Positions 9,860 through 19,649 of a stretch of DNA of 59,659 bases are shown piece by piece. The DNA lies in the NCBI GenBank assembly GCA_018897435.1, contig JAHIKI010000047.1, positions 1-59,659 of the forward strand, read 5' to 3'. The translations under genes were made by a program, and so were the position numbers. The stretch comes from Acidobacteriota bacterium (GTDB lineage Bacteria > Acidobacteriota > Aminicenantia > UBA2199). How positions within the stretch are numbered: position 1 is the first letter of the stretch; every line of letters begins with the position of its first letter. The notes beneath the pieces were generated by a model that was not told where the DNA came from, searched no databases, and worked only from the letters and a program-made list of their open reading frames with translations.

Positions 9860-12031
9860 ATGAAAAACAAAAACATCAAGGGCGTGCGTTTGATCGTGGC
9901 TGCCATGGTTCTGTTTTTTATCGTTTTCGTCATCATCCGCCTCTATTTTGAAGAAAGCAAGAATTTCTCGCCCCTGGCCCTGAAAGGCAGCACCTTGATC
10001 TTCGGGTTGTGGATCATCATCATTCTTTTCGGCCTGACCTTTCTTTTCATTCTGGCCCGCAATATACTGAAAATGTATCTTGAAAATAACCAGAGCGGCA
10101 CCGGGCACAGCTTCAAAAACAAGCTGGTCTTTTTTTTCATCGCCTTTTCCCTTGTCCCGACCCTGCTGCTCTTTATTTTCGCCACCGATGTCATCTCGCA
10201 GAGCATCGAGCAGTGGTTCAAGACCCCCATCGAAAACATCATGCACAACGTCGAGGACGTCAAAAAAAATTACTACGGCAAGATCAACGAGGATCTCGAG
10301 CATTTTTCAGGCCTGATCGCTGCCATGATCCAGCAAAAGAGAATGTACACCGATGAGAACAAGATTTTCCTGCAGAACAAGCTCAAGGAGAAGATGCTGG
10401 AATACAAGCTCGACGTGGTCAACATCTATAAGAATAAAAACGAGGTGTTCGCCATTTTCAATCCGCGCATTCCCATGCAGGAGTATAAGAACCTGCCGCT
10501 GAACATCGTCTACCGCGGCCTGGGCGGCGCCGGCTTTACCACCATCGACACCTTGAAGACCGGGGAGTTGATCCGTAACGGCGTTGCCTTCGACATCACC
10601 CAGGGCGACAAGATGCTGATCATCACCGGAAAATACTTTCCGGAAAGCTATACCCGCAGCCTGAACGCTTTAGCGGGCATGGTCAGCAAGCACAGCCAGA
10701 TGCGCGTCCTGCGCGATCCGGTCAAAAACACCTATATCCTGCTTTTTTTGTTCATCACCATCCTGATAATCTTTTCCGCTTCCTGGCTCGGGTTTTACCT
10801 AGCCAAGGGCATCACCGTGCCGATTGAAAAACTGGTATTGGCCACAGCCGAGATCGCCAAGGGCAACCTGGATGTACGCATTGATTACAAGGCCAAGGAT
10901 GAATTCAACACCCTGATCAATGAATTCAACCGCATGGCTTTTGACCTGAAGGAGAACCGCGACAAGCTGAACCGGCGCACCATCGAACTGCGCCACCGCC
11001 GCAGCATTACCGAAACCATCCTGAAAAACATCACTTCCGGTGTCATGGCCCTGAACGCCAGCGGCGAGATCATTGCCATCAATCCCGAGGCCGCCCGCAT
11101 GCTGTCATTGGACATGGAAGTGGTGGCGCGGAAAAATTTCGCGGCCGTAATCTCGGAAACCATTTACCAGGACATTCATGTATTGATCCGCAAGGCCTTT
11201 GAAACCCGCTTCAAGCTGATCGAAAAGGAGATCGATGTCAAATTGAAGGGCAAGTACATCAACCTGGCCGTCAAGATCACCCAGCTGCGCAATCCGATCA
11301 ACAACCGTTTCGCCGGCTTGCTGGTGGTTTTGACCGACCTGACCGAACTTATCAAGGCCCAGCGCATGCTCGTGTGGCGCGAAGTGGCCAAACGCATCGC
11401 CCACGAGATCAAGAATCCCCTGACCCCGATCCAGATCTCTTCACAAAGGATCTTGCGCTCGTTGGATCAGCCTCCGGACAAATTCCGCTCCATAGTCGAA
11501 GACAGTCTGAACATCATTTCCCAGGAGTTGGCTTCGATCAAAAACCTGGCCGAGGAATTCGCCAATTTCGCCCGTCTGCCCGAGATCAAGTTCAGCCAGG
11601 GCGATATCAACGAAATACTGGAAAAACTTCTGACCGTGTACACTTCCATTTACCAGAACGTCCAGTTCAAGGTCAAGCTCGATGTGGAACTGCCGTCTCT
11701 GGTCAAGCTCGATGTCGAACAGATCAAGAGGGTGTTGGTCAATGTTTTGGACAATGCCCTGGAGATCATCGGCAAGGAAGGCGAGATCGAAATTTCCACC
11801 AGTTACAACGGCGAAAGCAAGTTTATCACCATCGAGATCGCCGACAATGGGCCCGGCATCAGCGATGAAGACAAGCAGAAAGTGTTCATGCCCTACTTTT
11901 CCAAAAAGAGTTCCGGCACCGGCCTGGGCCTGGCCATCGCCCACAACATCGTCGAGGAGCACAACGGCCTGATCTCGATTACCGACAACCACCCGCAAGG
12001 GGCCAGGTTCATCATCGAACTGCCGGCTTGA
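9860..12031 (+). CDS. NtrY-like membrane sensor histidine kinase (TM, HAMP, PAS, HisKA, HATPase)
   Basis: WREVAKRIAHEIKNPLTPIQ H-box typical of the NtrY family; HAMP ITVPIEKL...FNRM; DNGPGI; GTGLGL. Confidence 0.88.
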   Translation: MKNKNIKGVRLIVAAMVLFFIVFVIIRLYFEESKNFSPLALKGSTLIFGLWIIIILFGLTFLFILARNILKMYLENNQSGTGHSFKNKLVFFFIAFSLVPTLLLFIFATDVISQSIEQWFKTPIENIMHNVEDVKKNYYGKINEDLEHFSGLIAAMIQQKRMYTDENKIFLQNKLKEKMLEYKLDVVNIYKNKNEVFAIFNPRIPMQEYKNLPLNIVYRGLGGAGFTTIDTLKTGELIRNGVAFDITQGDKMLIITGKYFPESYTRSLNALAGMVSKHSQMRVLRDPVKNTYILLFLFITILIIFSASWLGFYLAKGITVPIEKLVLATAEIAKGNLDVRIDYKAKDEFNTLINEFNRMAFDLKENRDKLNRRTIELRHRRSITETILKNITSGVMALNASGEIIAINPEAARMLSLDMEVVARKNFAAVISETIYQDIHVLIRKAFETRFKLIEKEIDVKLKGKYINLAVKITQLRNPINNRFAGLLVVLTDLTELIKAQRMLVWREVAKRIAHEIKNPLTPIQISSQRILRSLDQPPDKFRSIVEDSLNIISQELASIKNLAEEFANFARLPEIKFSQGDINEILEKLLTVYTSIYQNVQFKVKLDVELPSLVKLDVEQIKRVLVNVLDNALEIIGKEGEIEISTSYNGESKFITIEIADNGPGISDEDKQKVFMPYFSKKSSGTGLGLAIAHNIVEEHNGLISITDNHPQGARFIIELPA

Positions 12032-12101
12032 AATGCATCGTGGGGCTTGAGCGTTTTACAGGACTAGGCGCACAGAGAAAATAAAAGAGGAGAAATCAGC
12101 C

Positions 12102-13748
12102 ATGTCCGAAAAAATGTTACCGATCAAGGAAGTGGCCGCCCGTTTCGGTATCGCCGAAGCGGAACTGTATTTTTACGGACCCTACAAAGCCAAATTGGAA
12201 CCTTCGCTGGCCCGGCGTCTGGACAAGTGCGAAAGCTGCGGCAGGCAGGTGCTGGTGACCGCGACCACCCCGACTCCGGCCGGCGAAGGAAAAACCACCA
12301 CCGCCATCGGCCTGTCCATGGCCCTGAACCGCATCGGGGTAAAATCCATCGTCACCCTGCGCGAGCCATCCTTGGGGCCGGTCTTCGGCATGAAAGGCGG
12401 GGCTACCGGCGGCGGCGCCTCCCAGGTGTTGCCCGCCGACGAGATCGACCTGCACTTCACCGGGGATATCCACGCCGTCACCACGGCCAACAACCTGCTG
12501 GCGGCAATGATCGATAACCACATCCAGCAGGGCAACCGCCTGGCCATCGACACGCGGCGCATCGCCTGGCGGCGGGTGATCGACATGAACGACCGTGCCT
12601 TGCGTGAGATCGTCATCGGTTTGGGCGGCCGGCAGAACGGTTTCGCCCGCGAGGACGCCTTCAACATCTCGGTGGCCTCGGAGGTCATGGCCGTACTGTG
12701 TTTGGCTGAAGATTTCCAGGACCTGAAGGACCGCTTGGCCAAAATGGTTATCGGCTACACCTCCAAAAGCAAACCCATCACTGCCGCCGACCTGAAGGCC
12801 GTGGGCTCCATGGCCCTGCTGCTGAAAGATGCCATTAAACCCAACCTGGTGCAGACCTCGGAAGGCACGCCGGCCATCATTCACGGCGGCCCTTTCGCCA
12901 ATATCGCCCATGGCACCAATTCCATCCAGGCCATACGCCTGGCTCACGCCCTTGCCGAAGTCACGGTCACCGAAGCCGGTTTCGCCTCGGAACTGGGCGG
13001 CGAAAAATTCCTGAATTTCGTTTGCCAGACGGGAAAATTCAATGTGGATGCCGTGGTGCTGGTCACCACGCTGCGGGCTTTGAAATATCACGGCGGAGCC
13101 GGCAAGGATAATCTCGCTGAAAAGAACCTGGAGGCCCTGGTTAAGGGATTTGACAACTTGGATAAGCACATCGAGAACATGCAGGCCTTCGCTGTGCCTC
13201 TGGTCGTGGCCGTCAATTATTTTTCCGATAACGATGCCGAGGAATTGGCGCTCACCGTGAAGCATGTCACTTCCCGCCAAGCCAAAGCCTTCATCTGTGA
13301 CCCTTTCAACAAGGGGGGTGAAGGTTGTCTGGACCTGGCCCGGGAAGTCGAGCAAGCCACACGCTCCGGGGTCCGGGTCAGACCCATTTATGAGCCGGAC
13401 TGGACCATCCCCCGCAAGATCGAGATCATCGCCGAAAAAATGTACGGCGCCGCCCGCATCAACTACACCCGCCAGGCCCGTAAGGATATCGAACTGCTCA
13501 ACGATCTCGGCTATGACAAGCTGCATGTGATCATCGCCAAAACACCCAACTCGCTTTCGGATGATCCCAAGGCCCTGGGCCGACCGCAAAATTTTGACGT
13601 AGATGTGGACCGGGTTTTCCTTTCGGCCGGGGCCGGTTTTGTGGTGGCGGTCTGCGGCGAGATCATGCTCATGCCGGGCCTGCCCCGGAACCCCGCCGCC
13701 GAAACCATCGATATCGACGCCGCCGGCAACATCAGCGGTTTGTTCTGA
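12102..13748 (+). CDS. fhs: Formate--tetrahydrofolate ligase
   Basis: PTPAGEGKTTT, GMKGGATGGG, HGGPFANIAHG, MPGLP; C-terminus ISGLF. Confidence 0.97.
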   Translation: MSEKMLPIKEVAARFGIAEAELYFYGPYKAKLEPSLARRLDKCESCGRQVLVTATTPTPAGEGKTTTAIGLSMALNRIGVKSIVTLREPSLGPVFGMKGGATGGGASQVLPADEIDLHFTGDIHAVTTANNLLAAMIDNHIQQGNRLAIDTRRIAWRRVIDMNDRALREIVIGLGGRQNGFAREDAFNISVASEVMAVLCLAEDFQDLKDRLAKMVIGYTSKSKPITAADLKAVGSMALLLKDAIKPNLVQTSEGTPAIIHGGPFANIAHGTNSIQAIRLAHALAEVTVTEAGFASELGGEKFLNFVCQTGKFNVDAVVLVTTLRALKYHGGAGKDNLAEKNLEALVKGFDNLDKHIENMQAFAVPLVVAVNYFSDNDAEELALTVKHVTSRQAKAFICDPFNKGGEGCLDLAREVEQATRSGVRVRPIYEPDWTIPRKIEIIAEKMYGAARINYTRQARKDIELLNDLGYDKLHVIIAKTPNSLSDDPKALGRPQNFDVDVDRVFLSAGAGFVVAVCGEIMLMPGLPRNPAAETIDIDAAGNISGLF

Positions 13749-13793
13749 TTTTATTGCTCTTTCAAGAAACTCGGGATTGATGGAGCGCTGTTG

Positions 13794-15038
13794 CTACGTT
13801 TTCTTTTCTGCGGCCCAGAGTTTCATTAAATTAACGATCACCTCCGAGGCTTTTTGCATATCCTCCAGGGCGATCCATTCCTGCTTGGAATGAAAATTAT
13901 GGCCGCCGGTGAACAGGTTGGGGGTGGGCAGACCCATGAAGCTGAGCCGGGCCCCGTCGGTGCCGCCGCGGATGCTGGCGCGTTCGGGTTTCAACCCGGC
14001 CATGGCCACGGCCTGTTCGGCTTTGGCCAGCACGTCGGGGTATTTGTCAAGGATCACCTTCATGTTGCGGTAGGATTCGCTGATCTTCACCTCGCCTTTG
14101 GAGCCGGGGAACTGGGCGATGATTTGGGCGGTGATTTTTTCAATCCGTTTTTCGTATTTTTTCAGTCCCTTCACGGTGAAATCACGGATGATGAACTTGA
14201 CCGTAGCCGTTTCCACGTTGCCGCTGATCTGGTGCGGGTGCACATAGCCTTCCCGCTTCTCGGTGGTCTCGGGGGAAAGGGTATCTTTGGGGAGTTTTTC
14301 AATGATGCGGGCGGCGATCTTGACCGCATTGACCATCTTGCCCTTGGCCATGCCGGGGTGGACGTTGATCCCGGATATGTTGATCTCCAGCGAGTCGGCG
14401 CAGAAGGTTTCATCCTCGATCTCACCCAGATGTTCGCCGTCAATGGTATATCCGTATTCGGCCCCGATCTCGGCGGCGCTGATGTGTTCCACGCCCCGGC
14501 CTGTCTCCTCGTCGGGGGTGAAGACGACCTTGATGTTCGGGCGGGGGTTTTCCGGGTGTTCGGTCAGATAGGTCAGGGCGTCCATGATCGCGGCGATGCC
14601 GGCCTTGTCGTCTGCGCCCAGCAGCGTGTTCCCGGAAGCGGTGATGATGGTCTTGCCGATCTGTTGCTTTAAAAGCGGATTTTCATCCACTTTCAGGACC
14701 ACGTCCCCGCTTGCGGAAAGCATCAGGTCTTTTCCCTGGTAATTCTGATGCAGTTTGGGTTCGACCCCGGTGCCGGAAACGTCAGGCGATGTGTCCAAAT
14801 GGGCGAGCAAGGCGATGGCCGGAACTTTGTGGTTTTGATTGGTCGGCCAGGAGGCCAGAACATAACCCCAGGAGGTGATCTGGACATCGTGCAGGCCGAG
14901 CGCTTCCAACTCGGGTTTGAGCTTGGCGGCCAGGTCCTTCTGCTTGGCCGTCGAGGGAAAGCTTTCGGATGTGTCGCTGGATTGGGTATCGATTTTGACG
15001 TAACTCAGAAAGCGCTCCAATATATCAGGATATTTCAT
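13794..15038 (-). CDS. pepT: Peptidase T (M20 tripeptide aminopeptidase)
   Basis: ERFLSYVKIDTQS, AHLDTSPD, LGADDKAG, TPDEE, IRGGTDG. Start moved to ATG 15038, preceded by SD GGAGG. Confidence 0.95.
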   Translation of the reverse strand: MKYPDILERFLSYVKIDTQSSDTSESFPSTAKQKDLAAKLKPELEALGLHDVQITSWGYVLASWPTNQNHKVPAIALLAHLDTSPDVSGTGVEPKLHQNYQGKDLMLSASGDVVLKVDENPLLKQQIGKTIITASGNTLLGADDKAGIAAIMDALTYLTEHPENPRPNIKVVFTPDEETGRGVEHISAAEIGAEYGYTIDGEHLGEIEDETFCADSLEINISGINVHPGMAKGKMVNAVKIAARIIEKLPKDTLSPETTEKREGYVHPHQISGNVETATVKFIIRDFTVKGLKKYEKRIEKITAQIIAQFPGSKGEVKISESYRNMKVILDKYPDVLAKAEQAVAMAGLKPERASIRGGTDGARLSFMGLPTPNLFTGGHNFHSKQEWIALEDMQKASEVIVNLMKLWAAEKKT

Positions 15039-15133
15039 TGTGACCTCCGCGTGTATTATAAACCATCGCAAGGGAAAATAAAACGCAAAATACTTTTTTT
15101 GGGTCAAAATTGATTTCCACAAAGCGCTTATCC

Positions 15134-15162
15134 TTGACAACAGGCGATTTTTTTACTATAGT
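15134..15162 (+). promoter_or_regulatory. sigma70 promoter of the rpmH operon
   Basis: TTGACA(15134-39)-17 bp-TATAGT(15157-62). Confidence 0.75.
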
Positions 15163-15196
15163 ATGTCTTAACTTCAAATTAGAAAGAGGTGGTTTG

Positions 15197-15331
15197 GTGA
15201 AAAGAACGTATCAACCCAATAACTTAAAAAGAAAAAAGACTCATGGCTTCAGGGCGCGCATGGAGAGCAAAGGCGGCCAAAAAATCCTCAACAACAGAAG
15301 AAGAAAGGGAAGAAAGAAGCTGACCGTCTGA
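15197..15331 (+). CDS. rpmH: 50S ribosomal protein L34
   Basis: GTG start after GAGGTGG; [44 protein letters not shown]. Confidence 0.97.
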   Translation: MKRTYQPNNLKRKKTHGFRARMESKGGQKILNNRRRKGRKKLTV

Positions 15332-15334
15332 TCC

Positions 15335-15677
15335 ATGACCTTCGCATTCAGGGAATTCCAGCGGATCAAGAAAGAAGCTGAATTCGTCCATTTGCTTAAA
15401 AATGCCAAAAAAGTAAAAAATGATTTTTTTTTTGTACTTTTTGAAAAACAGCCGTCCGACCAGCAGGTTCGCCATTTCCGTTAACCGCAAGATCGGCAAC
15501 TCGGTCGAGCGCAATTTTATTAAGAGAAAAATGAAAGAATGGTTCAGGTTGAACAGACATTTGCTTGCCGACCCTCATGACCTGTGGGTTTCCATGAAAA
15601 ACAAATTCGACCGCGGCAACGCGGGGCAGGTGGAAAATCTGTTCCTCGACGCTTTGGTCAAGATCAACTATCGCTAA
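15335..15677 (+). CDS. rnpA: RNase P protein component, split by a frameshift in a T10 run (15424-15433)
   Basis: N-terminal part from ATG 15335 ([17 protein letters not shown]...). C-terminal part is in another frame ([29 protein letters not shown], the RNR-motif region). Position between rpmH and yidD. Confidence 0.88.
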
Positions 15678-15678
15678 A

Positions 15679-15927
15679 ATGAAAAAGGCATTGCTTTTGC
15701 TAATAAAAATATACAAAATGATGCTTTCGCCGCTGCTCGGCCGCCACTGCCGTTTTTTGCCCACCTGTTCCGTTTATACCTATGAGGCGGTGGAAAAATA
15801 CGGCGCTCTCAAGGGCGCGTTTCTCGGTCTTAAGAGGATTCTCAAGTGTCATCCTTTTCATGTCGGCGGACATGACCCGGTTCCCGAATTATTAGAGGTG
15901 AAATCAAAATGGATACAAAAAAATTAA
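15679..15927 (+). CDS. yidD: Membrane protein insertion efficiency factor
   Basis: [10 protein letters not shown]...KRILKCHPF...GGHDPVP. Confidence 0.95.
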   Translation: MKKALLLLIKIYKMMLSPLLGRHCRFLPTCSVYTYEAVEKYGALKGAFLGLKRILKCHPFHVGGHDPVPELLEVKSKWIQKN

Positions 15928-17681
15928 TTCTGGCCATCGTCCTCTCCGTGACGGTTCTGCTGGTCTACCAGTATTTTTTCATACCCAAGCCAGTAGTGCC
16001 TCGGCAGGTGCCCTTGAACACCGAGGTGGTGCAGCCGGAAAAATCAGCAGCGGCCACTGAAACCGGGGTGACGGCGGCACCGGATATCGGCTCGATCCTG
16101 GGCCAGGAAAAGCCTGTTGTTCAGGAAAGTGAAGCAATCCTGCCGGCGGTGGAAAAGGACATGATGGCCGCTGACGAACAAACCGTCACCGTAGACACCG
16201 CTGATTTTACAGCCGTGTTCACCAACCGCGGCGCCGGCCTGACATCTTTCGTATTGAAAAAATACAAGGATGACTCCGGCAATGCCATGGACCTTGTATC
16301 GCGCAGCGCCAAGGAATCCAACTTTTACCCTTTCTACTTTTTTTCGGAAAAGGACGATTACTCAAAAATTCTGAACAAGGCCCTTTTTCAGTACCAGGGT
16401 GAAACTACGGTGCGTATTAACGGCCGCCAGCAGAAAGAACTTGTTTTTGAATTTGCCGACCTGGCCCAGAACCTGACGGCCACCAAAAGATTTGTTTTCA
16501 GCGGCGACAGTTATTTGATCCGTCTCGATTTCCAGGTCAGCCGCAACGGCCAGCTCATCGACGACTTGCCAGTGGTTTTCGGGCCCGACCTGGAAAACAA
16601 CGACAGCGGTGACCGTTCCATGATGATGGACCTGCAGATCGCCGCCTACGCCAACGAAAAACTTGAAACAGTCGTATTTGCCAAGCAGAAGACCGTGCCC
16701 CAGGCTGGGCAGTCATTCGAAAAGATCGCCGGTGAAAAAGGTTCCGGTTTTTACTGGGCGGCCTATGAAACGACTTATTTCGCCGCTGTATTCAAGACCG
16801 ACCCGCTTAAATCCAAACTTTCCTATCAGGTGATCAAGCAACCCCTGGCCAAGAACCAGGCCAAGCTGTATTCCTATATGATCGTCACCAACCCGCAAGC
16901 GCTTTTCATCGGCCCCAAGGATGAAAAAATCCTGGCCGCGGTGGAGAAGGAATTTCCCGATCTGAACAAGATCATCGATTACGGCTGGTTCGGTGCCATC
17001 GCCAAGATCATGCTCAAGGGGATCGTTCTCATCCATGGCTTCCTTCCCAACTACGGCTGGGCCCTGATACTTTTCACCCTGTTCCTGAAGCTGGTCCTTT
17101 TTCCGCTGACCTACTCTTCCAGCGTCTCCATGGCCAAGATGCAGAGCCTGCAGCCCAAGATGAAGGCCATCAAGAAAAAGTACAAAAACACCAAGGACAT
17201 GGAGCAGCGCAAGCTGATGAACATGGAGATCATGGCCCTCTACAAGCAGGAAAAGGTCAATCCGGCCGGGGGCTGCCTGCCCATCCTGCTGCAGCTGCCG
17301 ATCCTGTTCGGATTTTTCCGTTTGCTCTCGGTCTCCATCAATGTCCGCCATGAGCCCTGGATTCTCTGGATCACCGACCTGTCGAAAAAAGACCCGTATT
17401 ACGTCCTGCCCATCCTGATGGGGGTGACCATGTTCATCCAGCAGCGCATGGCCCCTACGGGCGGTGACGATATGCAGAAAAAACTGATGTATATCATGCC
17501 GGTTGTCATGACCGTGATGTTCGCTTCTTTTCCCAGCGGCCTGAACCTGTACTGGTGCTTCTCGAACGTGCTGCAGATCGGCCAGCAGCACCTCATCAAC
17601 GAGAAGATCCATAAAAAGAAGAAAGATGAGGAGAAGGAAATAAAGATCTTGAAAAGGAAGAAGGGAGCCAAAGAGAAATGA
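15909..17681 (+). CDS. yidC: Membrane protein insertase with periplasmic domain
   Basis: [50 protein letters not shown]. Confidence 0.97.
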   Translation: MDTKKLILAIVLSVTVLLVYQYFFIPKPVVPRQVPLNTEVVQPEKSAAATETGVTAAPDIGSILGQEKPVVQESEAILPAVEKDMMAADEQTVTVDTADFTAVFTNRGAGLTSFVLKKYKDDSGNAMDLVSRSAKESNFYPFYFFSEKDDYSKILNKALFQYQGETTVRINGRQQKELVFEFADLAQNLTATKRFVFSGDSYLIRLDFQVSRNGQLIDDLPVVFGPDLENNDSGDRSMMMDLQIAAYANEKLETVVFAKQKTVPQAGQSFEKIAGEKGSGFYWAAYETTYFAAVFKTDPLKSKLSYQVIKQPLAKNQAKLYSYMIVTNPQALFIGPKDEKILAAVEKEFPDLNKIIDYGWFGAIAKIMLKGIVLIHGFLPNYGWALILFTLFLKLVLFPLTYSSSVSMAKMQSLQPKMKAIKKKYKNTKDMEQRKLMNMEIMALYKQEKVNPAGGCLPILLQLPILFGFFRLLSVSINVRHEPWILWITDLSKKDPYYVLPILMGVTMFIQQRMAPTGGDDMQKKLMYIMPVVMTVMFASFPSGLNLYWCFSNVLQIGQQHLINEKIHKKKKDEEKEIKILKRKKGAKEK

Positions 17682-18298
17682 GCGACAAAAAGGAGTTCGT
17701 CGCCAATTCTCTGAAAGAGGCCATCCAGAAAGCGGCCGAGGATTTCGGCATTGAAGAAGAAAAACTAAAGTACCGCATCATCACTGAAAAAACAAAATAT
17801 TTCGGGCACAAACAGCGAGAGATCTTCATCGAAGCCTGGCGCTCCGACGGCAGCGAGCAGAAGGGGCTGGAGGATTTTGTCAGACTGTTAATCGATGAAA
17901 TGAAAATGGACCTCAGTTTTGAGCTTGAAAGCAAAAGCGAATTTTTGCAGGTCAATTTTTCCGGTGAAGACTACAAGCTGATGCTGTATCAGAACGGCAA
18001 CCTGCTCAACGCCGCCCAATACCTGCTGAACCGGCTTTTTGCCGACGAGATCGGCAAGAAGATCTATTGCGAGTGTGAGAATTTCCGCAAGAAAAAGGAA
18101 GCGGAACTGAGCACCCAGGCCCACCGGTTCGCCCGACAGATCAGACGCAACGGCAAGGCCATCGAACTGCCCGAACTGAACCCTTTTGAACGGCGCATCA
18201 TCCACATGACCATCAACAAATACATGGATCTGGAATCGAAAAGCGCCGGCGACAATTTTATGAAGGTCATCACTATCCGCAAAAAGCTGAATGGATGA
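17678..18298 (+). CDS. jag: Jag/KhpB (EloR) RNA-binding protein (Jag_N, KH, R3H)
   Basis: R3H motif ERRIIH; conserved position between yidC and mnmE. Confidence 0.85.
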   Translation: MSDKKEFVANSLKEAIQKAAEDFGIEEEKLKYRIITEKTKYFGHKQREIFIEAWRSDGSEQKGLEDFVRLLIDEMKMDLSFELESKSEFLQVNFSGEDYKLMLYQNGNLLNAAQYLLNRLFADEIGKKIYCECENFRKKKEAELSTQAHRFARQIRRNGKAIELPELNPFERRIIHMTINKYMDLESKSAGDNFMKVITIRKKLNG

Positions 18299-19649
18299 TG
18301 ATGCGATCGTAGCCCTGGCTACGCCGCCGGGTCGGGCCGGCATTGCCGTGATCAGGATTTCCGGAAGCCAAAGCGAAAGCATTGTCAGAAAAATCATCGG
18401 GCCGCTGCCGGCAGAATTGGAAGCCCGACGCAGTTACCACGGTTTTATTCATCACGAAACCCGACGCATCGATGAATGCCTGGCGGTCATTTTCAAAGCT
18501 CCGCGTTCGTATAGCGGCGAGGATATGGCCGAAATTTCACTGCACTCCAACCTGTTCGTCGTCGAGGAAGTAATCGGGCTGATATGCGCATGCGGCGCCA
18601 GGCCGGCCCTGCCCGGCGAATTCACCTTCCGCGCTTTTAAGAACGGCAAGCTGGATCTGCTGCAGGCTGAAGCGGTCAACGATCTGATCCAGGCCAATTC
18701 CCGGGCCGGGGCCCTCATGCAATTCAATAATTTGGAAGGCCGACTTTCCAAAACCGTTGTCGCGCTCCGTGCCGCCTTGGTTCAGGCGGCTATCCAAATT
18801 GAGACCCGGATCGAATTCGCCGAGGACCAGCATATCGAAGCGACAGAAACCGCCGGCGATCTGGCTGCCGCGGCTGGCGCTCTGGAAAAAATTCTGGGGC
18901 AAAGCCGTTTCAATGAGATTCTGAATCAAGGGCTGCATGTGGTCATCGCCGGCCGGGTCAATGTGGGAAAATCCTCTTTGTTCAACGCCCTGCTGCTAAA
19001 AGAGCGGTCGATCATTTCCGCGCTTCCCGGCACCACCCGTGATTATATCCAGGAAAATTTGGTTCTGGACGGTTTTCCTTTCCATGTCACCGACATGGCC
19101 GGCATCCGCGCCGGTTCAGGGGATGACATCGAGAAGCAGGGCATGGAGCTCAGCCTGGCCAAGATCGCCCAGGCCGATGCCGTGTTATTCATGGTCGATG
19201 CTTCGCTGCCGCTTGCTGAAACCGATATGCAGATTTATAAGTTGCTCGCTGCCAAAAAGCGGCTCCTACTGGCCAATAAAAGCGATAAGGCGCTTGCCGA
19301 TATCGTGAAAAGCGTCAAAGACGCGTTTCCCGAAGAGACCGTGCATCTGATATCGGCCAAGAACGGGGACAACCTCGATGTGGCAGTGAATTTCATGAAG
19401 AGCCTGCTGCGGCAGATGCCGGAAGCCTGCGGGCAGACCGTGGTGAATTTCAGGCAAAAGATCCTGCTGGAAAAACTTTTAGAAAAAATAAAGCGCATCG
19501 AGCAAATGCAGATCGAGGGACTGGAAGCGACCGAAGTGGTCGCCGAAGAGATCCGCCAGGGGGTTAGTCTCATCGGCGAATTGACCGGAACGATCGCCCC
19601 TGGAGACATCCTCCAGGGCGTGTTCGCCAAATTCTGTATCGGCAAATGA
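18291..19649 (+). CDS. mnmE: tRNA modification GTPase
   Basis: IVALATPPG, PGEFTFRAFKNGKLDL, GRVNVGKS, GTTRD, NKSD; C-terminus FCIGK. Confidence 0.96.
   Translation: MDDDAIVALATPPGRAGIAVIRISGSQSESIVRKIIGPLPAELEARRSYHGFIHHETRRIDECLAVIFKAPRSYSGEDMAEISLHSNLFVVEEVIGLICACGARPALPGEFTFRAFKNGKLDLLQAEAVNDLIQANSRAGALMQFNNLEGRLSKTVVALRAALVQAAIQIETRIEFAEDQHIEATETAGDLAAAAGALEKILGQSRFNEILNQGLHVVIAGRVNVGKSSLFNALLLKERSIISALPGTTRDYIQENLVLDGFPFHVTDMAGIRAGSGDDIEKQGMELSLAKIAQADAVLFMVDASLPLAETDMQIYKLLAAKKRLLLANKSDKALADIVKSVKDAFPEETVHLISAKNGDNLDVAVNFMKSLLRQMPEACGQTVVNFRQKILLEKLLEKIKRIEQMQIEGLEATEVVAEEIRQGVSLIGELTGTIAPGDILQGVFAKFCIGK

Noticed and set aside
12117-13589. 490-aa minus-strand ORF
   Set aside because: Antisense shadow of fhs with no motifs; expected from codon bias.
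15039-15196. DnaA boxes upstream of rpmH
   Set aside because: Only one degenerate match (ATTTCCACA).
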